Positions 1-14,862 of a DNA stretch of 64,000 nucleotides are shown here, piece after piece. Made by a program: the position numbers and the translations under genes. Source of the stretch: Chrysomallon squamiferum (Eukaryota > Animalia > Mollusca); NCBI GenBank assembly GCA_012295275.1, contig CM022673.1:10726001-10790000 (forward strand), in the 5' to 3' direction. Under the pieces are notes generated by a model that worked only from the letters and a program-made list of their open reading frames with translations, made no database searches and was not told where the DNA came from. Position 1 is the first letter of the stretch. The number at the start of each line of letters is the position of its first letter.

Positions 1-3000
1 TATCAAAAACATATAACACAGAATCTGGTATCGGTAAAATGTTATGCCAGTATGACATTTGATAAGGATTCATTATTTTTACCACACACTAAAATATAAT
101 ATTGAAGACACTGCTTTGTCTAACATGCAAGCTTACATGAGTACATTGCTATACAGAATGTACAAAGCACGACTGCATTGACACAACGAATGTGCAAGTG
201 TGAATACACGAGAAAGTAAAACAAACTGGCTGTCATTTGAAATTTTGTTGAACTTTATATTTAGTAAAGGTTGATTTTGAAACATGGTATGTAAAAACAG
301 AATGTTAACAGTGAATTACTGAGAATGATATATATATATGATAAAAGGTGAGTATCATCAACTGGGAGTTTTCTGTTCTTGTTGATGTACTTCATCAAAT
401 ATCAACAAGGATATGGAAGTAAAAGAGAGCTTTATTGGTATCTATATGATAGTATATCTATATATATATATATATCTGTATGTATATGTGTGTGTGTATA
501 ATATATATATATTGTTTTTATGAGATAGACAACATGTGACATTAATAAATCATTACCAAATTTATTTTGTTATCAGACATCATAACACATCACTGAAATG
601 CTGTGATGTATTGTTGTTTTGTTTTTTGAAAAAAGATACATTAGGAAAGATTTGCTAAATATGGTTTGTTGATAATATATCCATTTACAGAGTGCCCAAT
701 ACACAACATTTGATGCTGTGTTCTGAGTTATGAGAAATGAACACATAACAGTGTATTGGTAAATAAATATTGTTTGTGATGTTTGCTGTCATGTGACTAA
801 CCACAGTTGATTGTATTGTGTGTTTGTTTTTGTTGCATGAAATGAAGACACTGCAGTAATTGTCAGTTGTTTGGAGCATACTGTCACAGAGACAAAGGCA
901 TTGTCTAAGCTGTACATTGTTAATAATATTGTTTATCGTCATCAAAAATATTTTTGTTTTTTAATTATGTATATATATGCATACACATACACAAACACAC
1001 ACACTGACATGCACAATAAACACATTTCAGTACAATTTAACTGCTTGGTGTATACATTTATCAGAGAAAAAAAAAGAAATTATGTTAGGTGTACATTACT
1101 AATAACAGTATTTGTAATCATCAAAAATGAACACTTGTTAAATGTATCTAATTTTATTTATTTATTTTTTTAAATTTATTTGTCATTACACAAAACAAAC
1201 ATATTTCATTGATAGATACTTTTATGAAAAAAAAAAAAAATGTTAGCAGTACATTTCTAATTATGTGTTTTTAGGAAAAAACACAACCATTAAGTTAATG
1301 CTACATGGAAATCATTGGTTATTAAGTGTGTTTTAATGTTATCGTGTAATGGTTTGAACAGTAAATATTCTTACCAGTCAGTGATTATATAAAATTCTGT
1401 CTATCTGTCCATCTAACTTTCTGTCTGTTTATCTGTCAGGGTTCCTTCATTGCATGATAGCTTATTATATATTAGCACATTTATTTATGAAGACAGAATA
1501 ACTGAAGAATAAACAAAATGTCAGCAAGCAAGAGAATTGAATACATCTGAATTCTTCAGCATATTTCAAGAATTGAACTTTTTTTTTATTTCTAAATACA
1601 TATAACTTCTGATCATTCCTGGAAATTTAAAAATCTATGTGCAATAAATACAAAAAGTTCATAAAAATGTGTATAATAATCTGTCATTGTTTTTTTATTC
1701 TATTAATCATTTATTTAAAAAAAAAAAAAAAAAAGAATTTTTTTTTGTACATTGGCACACTACATTATAGACCCTTCATCAAAGAGTACATAATAATCAT
1801 TCATATACATGATGCATCTGCTGACAGACAGAAATACAGATGCATGCAAAGTTAATACCCCTGTCTAAAACTCTTCTCTTTTAGGAATATTATAAATCTT
1901 ACATTTGGAAACATTTCAAAATCCAAAATATTCAGCAAACCATAAAAATATTTCAATAACAAAATATAAAAACTTTCACTCACACTATCAGGAAGTTAAT
2001 TTTTTTTTTTTTTTTTGTTGTTAAATCTGGAAACTTTTTCAATGACAAACAATTTTGAACTGTCAGTAATAATAATTAGAAACAATTTAATTAACTAAGT
2101 ATTTTATGTGATTTACACATCTGTGGTAGAAGGAATTTCAGAGACTCAAAAAAATGCATTGTAACCTGTTCAGACTAGAAAAGTCAAATGGCCATGCTGC
2201 ACTACAAACTGGGATACCTTGTACAAACTGGAAATGTCAATGAAAAACAAGTTACTGAATACAAGTGAATCATTACTAGGGACTCGGAGAGTGACAGTTT
2301 TATTAACTCTCTCACACAGACAGACAGTACACCCTGTCAGCAACATTTAACAACAAAAATAAACACAAATAACACTGGTTACGGAGACTGTACATAATTT
2401 TATTATCAATAAAATAGATCCACATGATTTGTATTCAACATGTTCAGTAGAGACGTATGTGAGTGTAACATGTAAAAATATATTTATATACACACACTGG
2501 CTCACCACTCAAAACACACACACTTACTAATGCAAATAATAATAATAAAGTTTGATTTTAAAAAAATGTATTGGCCGTTTCTTTATACTGGAAGCCTATC
2601 TAAATTACTTAAAGTAAGTGCAGACATGAACATATATGTAGTGAAGTTCTAATTAAGAAAAAAAAAACAGTTCATCAAATTAGTTTAATGTTTTTACTTT
2701 AATCATTTTAAGAAAAGTAAGCATAAATAAATAACCTGAAAAAAAAAAAATATATACTCATGGAAACCAGAACCAAAAAAAAAAAAAAAAAAATAATAAT
2801 AATAATAAAATAAAATAAATAATAATAATAAAATAAATAATAAAAAAAATTATCATTAATAATTTGTTAATAATAATAAATAAAAAGATAATAATTTAAA
2901 AAAAAAAGAAAAAAACTTTTTTTTTTTTTTTTAAATAATAATAAAAAAACAAATTAAAATGTAAAAACCTATCCTTTAAACTGGAACAATAAAATTTACA

Positions 3001-5155
3001 TTTATATTAATTCAGTCTACACTAAATTTAGCAAAGCAATACCTGAGGCATATCTGCCAACTGTGTATTACCTTTTTAATCCAAAAACATTAACATGTAA
3101 ACAAAAAAATAAATGTGAAAGACAATTAAAAGAAGCACTACTGTACATCTTAAATTACAATCTACAAGTGTGAATCTTCCTAAAATATTTAATTACATGA
3201 TGCAGATTTTAAAGCTGTTTAAATGTACCTATTGTGTAGTCCAACAGTTCTACCTATGTTTATCTTGGTTGTTATAATAAAAGGTTATCACCCTGCAGGC
3301 TCATAATGCTAAGCATTTTATTTATAGTTGAGAGATTAGCAAGAAATGAGGTCATTTTGAGGACTACCTGTGGCAATGCAAACATTCAGTCTTAAGTCTT
3401 TTTTTTTTTTTTTTTCACTTATTAGGAATCATAAACGCAATGTCTATTACTGGTTTTATTACATTTATACAATGATGTATTTTATAGTTAGTAAAGGTTG
3501 ATTTTGATAAATGAATAAGCCAGGAGTTAGGATATAAAATAAAATTAGACTGTTGATGTACATCATAGACAGGTACATGAACAATGCTGATAATGATGTG
3601 GATGTTAAAACTGGTATCAGGCCATTTATAAGCTTCCTTATGGGTCACTTTCCAGTCCAAAACTTTTTTTTAATAAATAGTCTGGTACTTGTAACATACA
3701 CACACTGCTCAGTGTACAAACAAACAAAGTGACAGTTTGACAAACAAGAAAATGAAATATCAGCTTATTACAGCTAAACATAACATACATGAGTATTATT
3801 TCTTTTACATAAAATATCTTTTGAAAAATATCTGTCAAAATTGTTAATAAATCGTTTTGTAATTTATTATTTTATGTAACAACTTTTATATCATCTTCAT
3901 ATATTTCATTATGTAATTATATTTTGATCTCCTGTTTAACTTTATAGAACCCAATACATTTAAGTTTATTTATTTAAATATTTAGTTTTACAATAGGAAA
4001 AAAAAAAATAAAAAAAATAAAATAAAATAAAAATAAATTAAATATTAAACATTAAAAAAAAATAAAATAAAAAATAAAATAAATTAAAATACAAATTAAT
4101 TTTTTTTTTTTACATATAATAAAATTAAGAAATCAGTATATCATATTCCTAATGAACACCAAAACATAACTGACAATTTTCGATGAAACGTTAATTTCTA
4201 AAAATGTATAAATGGCTTTATAAAATTATTCTAATTTTCTCTTTTACGAAGTGGAATGCACTTAGTACAGGTGTATCAGAACCAGTCTGTGTTAAATGTT
4301 TTATCACAATGAAAACATTTTAAACGTTGCTGTTGAAGAAAAAGGTGAGTAAAAGTAGTAATGCCCATCTGTTTAAGTAATAACAATAGTAATAACCAAA
4401 TTAATAATAACAGTTGTAGTAATAGTATTCATAAATATAATAAAACAACAATAATAATGGTACTACTACATAAATTAACAGTTATAATAATCACAGAAAT
4501 AAATCAGAATGCAGGGTGAGATCATTTTTTTTTTTTTGTCTAGGGAGGATGGAGATATTTTAACTAAAGAAGATGTTTTACCCACCACTAGAAACTTCCT
4601 CAACATAATTTGTGCTTCTCTCTCTATAATTTTCTCAATAATGGGATGAAAAGACTAGATTCCCATTTGAAAGGATTTTCTACCAAATTAAAATACTTCA
4701 TGTGGTGATTTGTCTGCAAACTACACACATCATAACATCCTTTCTGTCAACAATTTAATTATCAAGCAGTTGTTTATATAAATAATAATAATTAAAATAA
4801 AAAAAGAAAGAAAAGTATTAAAATAATAACAGTCAGCAATAAACAAATAAATAAAATAGTTTTTAAATTAATATTTTAGAAAGTAATAAAACAACAGCCA
4901 CACAGTAAAATACTGAAATGACACTTCAAATTAAAGCAATTTTTCTTTTCTTACATAATCTATTTTAAAGCAGCAACAAACTATAATTTGTCATTTTGCA
5001 CTGGGCTCTCCTTTTTTAAAACATAAGCAAAAATGTTCACCGAAGAGAAAAGAAAAAAAAAATGTTTCACTTGCATCCATACTTCGTAAGGCAATTACTA
5101 TAGAAAGAAATCACATGTGACAACAAAGAAAAATCACTTGAGCTTATATATATAA

Positions 5156-5202
<47 letters not shown>

Positions 5203-5257
5203 TAATAATAATAATAATAAATGAATAAATAAATAAATAAATAAGTAAATAAATAAC

Positions 5258-5306
<49 letters not shown>

Positions 5307-6737
5307 TTATCTTTTTTATAGAAATTACTGAAGGCATTGAAAACACAAAATAGAAAATATTCCAGTAATGGAAAAAGAAGGTCAATAATCTTACATAACA
5401 ATGGATAACCTGGTGTTTACACTCCAACATATTTTGTACCTGTTAAAAATAAACATGGTTTAAAGTTACTGACTAAACCAAGTGGCAAGAGAATGAAGAT
5501 AATAAAATTCTCATGTAAACACATACACTAGCACAAAAACATATATATATATATATATATAAATGAAAGAAGTATAATTTTACTTACTTCACACAACCTT
5601 AATGATTGACAACAAATGTACATTAAACCTGTGTTAAAATTTCAGGTGGTGTTAGGTAAACATTTAATTTTATTTAAATTTAAATTATCGTGAATGACAA
5701 AGTGTTCAATGAAGATAATACAAATGACACACAAACACACACACACACACACACACACACAGACCACTTGATTGGTCTACTGCCTGTCTTAATTCAACAG
5801 TTTATTTTTTTTTGAAATTTTTTTTTTTTGCAAATTAACCTATTCTGTTGATAAAAATCAAAGAGTACATACACCAGATATTTGACACTAATTATCTATA
5901 GCATATATGAGTTATAAGTTATACAAATGAACAAATCATGCTTGTACATTTACTGTATAAAATAAAATAATCATTCAACACTAAATGAGTCAAAAATTGA
6001 TGCCAGTACTTTTGAGTTTTTTGGTTATACAAATTAACAAATCATGCTCGTACATTTATTATATACATTAACAAAAATTATTTATATAATGATACAAGTA
6101 TTTCATTAAAAAAATAACAAACTCAAACTTAAAGTCAAGAATGTCTACATTCATTTGCTGTTAACAATAATACATCTTCAAGAGTCTATTACTGACAGAG
6201 TAAAAAGATAATTACTGACTTTTCTTTTTAATGAAAAAGCACAGATACAAATACAAAAAACTGTAAAATATTTTTACAAAAAATGTTTCCTGTTTCCTGG
6301 AGTGTTGACGAGGTGAAATAAAATCAGCATGTCCTACCACTGTGGTTATTATACTACATATCATGCTGCTTCTGGATGGGAAAGTAAACCCATGTTTTTA
6401 ATGACTGTTTTTTATTTTGTTTCTAACACAAAACCCTTTTCATGACTGTATTAAAAACTTGTATGCCTTTTGTACATCTAGATGCCATGCAGAATGTTCA
6501 CTGGTTATTAAAAAAACATTGCCAAGTACTGAATGCCTTTTGTACATCTAGATGCTATTCAGAATGTTCATCGGTGGCTCAGATGTTAAAAAATTTGAAA
6601 CTGGGTTAAAATTTGGAAGGCACACGAGTGGATGGTAACTGGACATAATATGATACAGCAATTTTTAAAGTTCTTGTTAATGTTATTATACTGCAGCCAC
6701 ATGTTTTTAAATTGTTCAGATAAAGTACCTGATACTT

Positions 6738-6771
<34 letters not shown>

Positions 6772-7516
6772 CCCCATTAAGACTGAGATATCAAAAAAGA
6801 AAGAAAAGAAAACAAATATATCAGTAGTGCTTTGTTTTCCTGCTCAATTATGTGCATGTGTTTATGAAAGTAAACTGAAAAAAATACTTGTTAAAATAAT
6901 TACAGTTAGAAGCATATTATTAATTTATGAACTGTATGAGTAATTACAAGACGATTTAAAAAAAATGAAAAACAAAGACATATGATACATTCACACACGC
7001 AAGTGATACATTCTGACATGTATCCACAACTGACTCACATGCACATTTACCAGTTATACATTCACTGATATATTCAGGCATACTTCCACAGCTGATATAT
7101 TCATACACACAATTATTACATTCAAACACACACATCCCATCGGATATATTCTTACATCAAATGACAACTGACAGTTGTACATACATTGACAAGATACCTC
7201 CAACAGAACCAGAACACAGACAAAATATTCTTATATCCATCACCCATGAATACATTGTTAGTATATAATCTGAACCATAACCATTTAGTTAGTCGCTGGA
7301 TTATTACAACCAAGTTGGGTTTATTAAGTACTTGTTACACAGAAAAGATTCCAAAAGTGAAGAAAAGATTCTTAAACTGTGACATTTTATCTAGTGATTA
7401 AGACACAGATATTTATCACATTGAATGATATGTGAGAAGTTACTGACATTTATGATGTACTGCTTGAGATAAGGTGAATTTTTAATTTTCAGGAATAATT
7501 TAGATAGTGGTAATTC

Positions 7517-7547
<31 letters not shown>

Positions 7548-8169
7548 AACATTATTGATTAAATAAATAAAAAATGAATAAATATATTAAAAATAAAATA
7601 AAATAAAACTTTGATAAACAAAATCGCAATTATTTATTCTCACTTTTCTATTTTATTAATGATATAACATACACTGCCAGTTTAAAAATTCATATTTTTC
7701 TTATGCAGATGAATATTTATTTTATAATTTAAATGTTCTTAGTCAGTAAAATGTTCACATCATCATCTTTTGTTCATTAGATATGGCATAAATTCAAAAT
7801 AAAAATTTTAATTATTTTTTTTTTTTTCATTTAAGCACCATATCATCATGGCTGCCATGGAATACAAAAACAAATAAATAAAAAAATAAAAAAATCACTG
7901 ATACAAACTCATACACAGAGATAAATATAACTTCAGCTGTTTTATCAAAACTCTGTCAAACAAAATATCCCAATATACTTTGAATACATTTCGGCAATTA
8001 CTTCAGTTTGTTTGGTCCAAATATTTCCAAATTTCTGTTACTTCACTGACTCTGCCAAAAATATATGAACTACTGAACGCAAATATCAAGAGAAATGAAA
8101 ACTAATCAAAGGTGGTTTTAGCTGCTTTATACCTCAGACTGACAACTCTAATCTATATCATACATACTC

Positions 8170-8760
8170 TGTCTGAACTTTTCAATACAATTCAACTGTT
8201 TCATCCATGACAGCAAAAATGATGAATAAAATTGAAGTCACTTCCCTACTATGTCAGAACTGTAATAAAATTCAACTGCTATTCTCCACTTCCAAACTTT
8301 TGGATTTAATTCAATTGATACATTCTACTGTCCAAACTTTTGAATACAGTTAAACAGTTACATACATGCTTGCTGAATCCAATCTTCAGAATGAAATTAA
8401 AGCATTTCTCCCGAAATTTTTAAATACAATTCAAAAGGTACACCGTTAGGCTGAAATTCTGGAATACAATTCGTTACATCACATAATTTTTGTCATACAA
8501 CTTTTTTCTCTATTGCTGAATTCAATTCAACATGTTTCTTTACATACTGACCATAATATATGAATATAATTCAACAACACACCAGTGTATACAATTCAAC
8601 AGTCACACCACATACACTGTCCAAATTTATACAATTCAAGCAGGGTCACACATACCATTGTATACTATTCAACAGTTACATCACACACTTTGTCAAACAT
8701 TATGTATACAATTCAACAATCTCTACTTTCCAAACATTATGTAAAAGTTACATTACATCA
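8170..8760. repeat. Degenerate ~45-50-bp tandem repeat downstream of the ARL5 stop codon
   Basis: Recurrent tacaattcaacagttaca-like cores. These explain the overlapping IQFNS/YTIQQ ORFs. Confidence 0.6.
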
Positions 8761-8985
8761 CTCTACATATTCTGGACCACTGAATGAAAGTCAACGTCTT
8801 CAGTTTGGCCTTTTCTTTGAAAAACACAAAAAAAATTAAAACCATTTTAATTACTGCCTGCATGTTGAGACAGCAGTTTGGCTTCTGCTCAGTGGCCAGT
8901 GAGTTTTTTATCTCATTCACTGGAGTTCATGTTGTTTAATGAATATCGATAAAAATACAAAACCATTTTCTAACAGCCACCATCG

Positions 8986-9136
8986 TCACCGACGTTTCAT
9001 GTGATTTGTAATCCATTCCAGTCCCTGGTAAAGACTGTGAAGAAAGAAAAATAAAATTTAAATAAGAAAAATCTAAATATAATACAGAAATAAATAACAG
9101 TAAAAAGTCAATTAAAAAAAAAAGATTTTTTTTTTT

Positions 9137-9177
<41 letters not shown>

Positions 9178-12100
9178 TACTAAATAAAAAAAAATGTAAG
9201 AAAAAAAGAACACATAAATAAACATCAATAAAAAGTGAAAAAAAAATAAAATAAAAATAAAATAATTAAATAAATAAAAGTTTAATAACATTTAAAATAT
9301 TTCAACAGAATGATCAGTTTTTATAAACCTGCAACAAAAGTAATAAATAAATAAAATTAATAAAAACTTAGAGGTGCTTGAACACACACACACATATTTA
9401 TTTTTTTTATACATAAAAGTAGTGAAAAATTAATTCAGACACAAAAATACACATGCACTTGAGTTACACAGTAACAATTTCCTGTGGAAAAATCCAGGTA
9501 TTAACAATAATTCTGATATGTTCTGACAGTAAAATCACAGACAGTATCTCACCCTTCCCCTGTCAGAGCACAGCAAGCCTGTATATGCCACACATGGTCT
9601 TTTATTGATGTCAGATTGAGCTGCTGGGATATTTCTGCCGCCGACATACATCCTTTGATGTCTTGTTTATTTGCAAAAATCAACATAGCAGCTTTTCGTA
9701 AATCCTGTAATAATAATAATAATAATAATGACAACAAGAGTAACAGCTCCATCAAAAACAATAATGATGATGATAGTAATGATAATACCAGTACCATCAC
9801 CAAGACCAATAAAACAATGATGATGATGATGATGATAAATATGATGATAATGATAATAAAGACAAAAGTAATATTAACCACAATCTTAGTTTACTGTCAT
9901 TCTGCAACAGTTTCATCTAAAAACAAATGTCCTATAATTCTCAAAATTTAAAATAAATAAATAAATAAAAACAAATTTACCTCGTGGTGTAACATTTTAT
10001 ATAGTTCTTCTTTTGTGATTGACAACCTTTCCCGATCAGTACTGTCTATCACAACTATTACAAACTGAAACAAAAACAGCAACATAAATACAAACAAACA
10101 AGGGTATGTGTCATAGTTCAGTAAATGATCAGGTAACAGTTATATTTAATTTTTTTAATGATTAGGTCCCATGCATTTATTTTTCAGTAAATCATTTGGT
10201 ATGATGTATCATTATTTCAGTAAATCATTTGGTATGATGTATCATTATTTCAGTAAATCATTTATAATGTATCATTATTTTGATAAATCATTAGGTATGA
10301 TATATCATTATTTCAGTAAATCATTTGGTATGATATATCATTATTTCAATAAATCATTTGATATCAGGCATCATTGTATTTATAAATCATTTTATATGAT
10401 ATATTACTACTTCAACCAGGTATGAAGAATTACATTTCTGTAAAACATTAAATGATATTTAAAATCTCATGTTATCATCTTCAATTGTAAATGCAATTTT
10501 GCAGCATTAAAACTTATAATCTATTTCAGACTGAAAACAGAGGATGTTTATATCATAATTTTATAAATAAATTTAATACTAAATTACTCTAATTAAATTA
10601 AATCCAATTTGTGGCTGTATCAAAGGTACTTTCCGTTTCTTTTATTCTTGAACTTTGTATAATTTACAAAAAACTGAATTAATCAAAGAAATTTTTGTAT
10701 TCATTTATTTTTAATACACTTTTTAAAAAGACCAAACAAACCAAACAAACATACAGCCTGTTCTAACGACTGACTATAATTCAGTGAATGATATCATCCA
10801 TTAACACATAAATAACTAATTAAAACAGCTGCCATACATGCAAATGAATATAAAAAAATCAGGATCAATGATACACTGGTTTATATCCCATTCCAACCAG
10901 AACCCCAGAAATCTTACATTAAACACCGTCTATTTTTGCTGAGGAAAATTAATATAAATGATGCCTTGCTGCTATTTCTACTAACATGGTAATCTGATGC
11001 AGTTGTTGTTCTGTGCAATCAGAGGATTTCAAATACCAAAATGGCTGTCCAGTAGCCAGCAGTAGAAAAGTAATCTTTGTGGCAGTTTAAAAACTCACTT
11101 GAGCGTTTGTATAGTACGTGTTCCAAGCTGCTCTCAGCGTTTCCTGGCCGCCGATGTCCCACATCAAGAAGTGGATGTTCTTCCAGACAACCTCTTCAAC
11201 GTTGCTCCCAATCGTGGGTGAGGTGTGCACAACCTCATTCATTAAACTATAAATAAAATAAAGACACATGATATAATAATATGAAAAATAAATGAGTATG
11301 ATACTAACAACAGTAACATTAATCATTAACTATAAATGTAAATGAACATGATATAATAACCCAATCTAAACTATGAAAAATAAATGAGTATGATACTGAC
11401 AACAATAACATTATTCATTAACTATAAATGTAAATGAACATGATATAATAACACAGTCTAAACTATGAAAACAACAATTATTAATGATTTAATATTAACA
11501 ACCTCGTTCTGTAAATAAATAAAATAAAAAAAATCATTCACAAAATGATGAAAATAAATGTTTTAAATTATAATAAACATGATATACAATAAGCTTAAAA
11601 TGAACAATACCACTGAATTCATATTTGAAAAGTTTTATAAGAATGTAACATGATAATCTAAAATGAAACAACCTATGTGATTAAGCTATGAAAATGTTTT
11701 CAAATGCAATGAATAAATTAAAATGATATTTAAACCATAAAAACAAATGTTTTTATTATAATATTTTAACAATTTAATGTCATTCATCAAAAATTGTAAA
11801 AAAAAATAATTAAAATAGTATACATAATGACTGTATTGCAGTGTATGCTTAACAAGCTCATTTACAAAACTATGAATAAAAAATATTTAAAATAACAACC
11901 TTTCTCATTAAACCGAGAAAATACTTGTTTTTAAATTTAATGCAGACTTTTTAATAACTTTAAAATTGAAGACCTCGTTTATAAAATTAATAAAAAATAT
12001 TTTAAAATAAATAATTTAACAACCTTATTCTTTAAACCAAAAAAGTAATTGTTTTTAGTGTAATTTTAATGCATAGTTTTTAATAACTTTAAAATTAACA

Positions 12101-14807
12101 CCCTCGTTTATAAGAAAAAAACACATAACAAATCTTTTAAAATATATACCGTATAACAATCTTATTGATTAAAGTAAGAAAATGTTTTTCAATATACAGT
12201 TTTTAATAATCTTAAGATTAACAATCTGTTTACTGATATGCATTACCATGATATGCCAGTTAAGCTGTAATTTTTTTTTTAATTATTCATTGTTGTTAAC
12301 TCAAGCTGCTAAGATCATATTTCAGTTGTGCTTATAATGCGTATGAAGAAAAAAGAAACAATTTTTATTTAGTAAAAAATAAAAAAAACATTGACTGACA
12401 TTATTTTAAAGAAAGTAGCAATAGTTATAGTGTCTAAAATAATGATGTTCAAATTTCCATCAAACAAAAACAAAAATATTCACATGATCAAGACATACAG
12501 GGCACCAAACTTATCTACCACTCAGTCACGATTAATAGAATAAAGCATAAAATTGGAAATAAAATAATCTTTAATCCTGTCAGAAAATATCTTATGGTTT
12601 TATCTGACAATTGAATAATATAAACAATTAAACTGAAATATATTTTCTGTATATAAGTGTTTTATTGGTTTATATCTTGGGGGGGGAAAAAATGTGTATA
12701 TATATATATATAAAGTACTTCCCCATATACACAACATTAAAAAATATGTATAAAAAATTTAAATAAAAAAAACACGTATTCCATCTTTTTAAGCATTAAA
12801 TGTGTATGTATTTATATGTCTGTGTGTGTGTATTGTTTTCAGCATTTACAAAAAAACTTACAACTGATACAGAATTGTGGTTTTCCCTGCATTGTCCAAG
12901 CCAACAATAATGACTTTGTGCTCTGAAAATACGAAAAAAAAAAAAAATTAAATAAACGTACAAACCACCTTTTGATGTTAACAACTTATTTTATAATAGT
13001 TTTAATACATTTCTTTAATCATAAAATAATAAATTGAGACTACAAAATGTATGCACTATAAAAACTGATAATTACTTAATGGATTAAAATCAGTGTAACT
13101 GTTTACGTATCACTGAGTTATATTTGGAAATAACAATAATAATAATTAATATTATTGTAGTCTTTGTTTTTCTTCTAATCATTAAATCCACTTAAGAATA
13201 ATTCAATCAAAAATATGATAAAAAGTGAACAGTATTTTGTTTTTAAACTGTAACTGCAGTGTCTGGATACATCAATTTAACAAACATTAACAATTGTAAA
13301 ATGTGATAATAACACAGATATCAGACCATAAATCTACAATCTCATTCCATTAGCATATATTTATCTTTATAACAGAATGAGATCATTTAACTTCCACCTT
13401 CCTGCATACTGGAAAAACCTAATTTGATAGACTAACTGTGGGGAACTAGCTGGAACAGGAAACAGACAAGACATGTGCATTAAGAATGGATGAACCTGCA
13501 GTTCACCACATGATATATTTAAGCACTTGATCTATGAATCTAACAGTTTTTGCACTGTAAATATAACAGCTAGTTATGTTAACTGATTATGGTAACACCA
13601 TGTCCTATATTTCAAATTGTTAATTAATGGTTTTTGCAATATCTAGAACACAGCTGCAGGGCTAAGTAGTTTATTACATATATATATATACATACATATA
13701 TGTATGTGTCTCTCTAGCTAGAAGCTAGTGCATAAATTCATGTCAGTGTTTTACACTTTTAATCTGTGTCATAGCCCCAGGCTGCCCCTGGTTTAAACAC
13801 TTAGTCTTACGATCCCTCACCACAGGAAATAACAAAGATTTCAATCATCATTACTTCATGCTCGACAGGCATAATGCAAGTGGCAGAAATACCACACATC
13901 TACATTATCATAATAAACAATGCACATAATGAACATAAATATCGATGAGTGTTATAGAAATGAATAATTAATTTATAACCTATGTTGCTTTGAAACTTGC
14001 CATATGCTGTAGTTAAATAACATTAATACTATAATATTATAAAATATATACTGTATATAATAAAAAAAATTTTTATTTAAATTTAGAATACTAATATTTA
14101 TTAATTTCTTTAAAATAGAATTTATATATCACTGTTAAATAATTATGACGAACTTAAAATAGTATTTTGAAACCAAATCACTGAGCTTGAATGTTGGTGC
14201 TTTTACTTTAGTGGTATTAAATATGTATCTGTTAATTAAGCAGAAGACCAAAGAAGATTTTCCTAAATAAAATATGACGATGGTAAGATATTATTAACTG
14301 AATTAAGAAAAATGTTGCTTTAATTTCATTTACATTTATCTTGAATATAATACCCTAACAGTCTTTCAGATTTATCAAGACTGCAAACTAATTGACATTT
14401 GATTAGCAAGTTATGTATGAACATTTAAATACAAAGTCAGTGTTAACAAAACCTACGCTGAAAATGTATTTACATCCATTATTACATTATTAATAATAGA
14501 GAATGTAAGTCAACAATGTCACTATTGTTAACAAAGACCATTTATTATCATAGCTGTAATTACCTTTTTAATTACTTTTCATTTTCTTTTTGTTAATAAA
14601 TAATTCATACATGTGTCTGAGCTTGTTTGTGAAAAACAAAATTTTGAAAAATTAAAAACATTTATTAAACATATGCTGCTGCTTTTAAATGGATTCATAT
14701 GAATTAATGAATAAATGTTTAGTAACATTTTAACCAGTTTTCTTATTAGTTTTATTAGTTAAAATTGGGTTTTTTTTCTTTTGTGTCTGAGTTTGTGTGT
14801 GTTTATA

Positions 14808-14862
<55 letters not shown>

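Noticed and set aside
1-8900. Short ORFs and isolated splice-like signals in the first 9 kb
   Set aside because: AT-rich low-complexity translations with no consistent exon chain. Probably ARL5 3' UTR, intergenic DNA or an intron of a gene outside the window.
10870-11075. Possible decayed SINE in ARL5 intron 3
   Set aside because: Only faint resemblance to the LINE-tail motif (ccagtagcc). No A/B boxes or target duplication could be identified.
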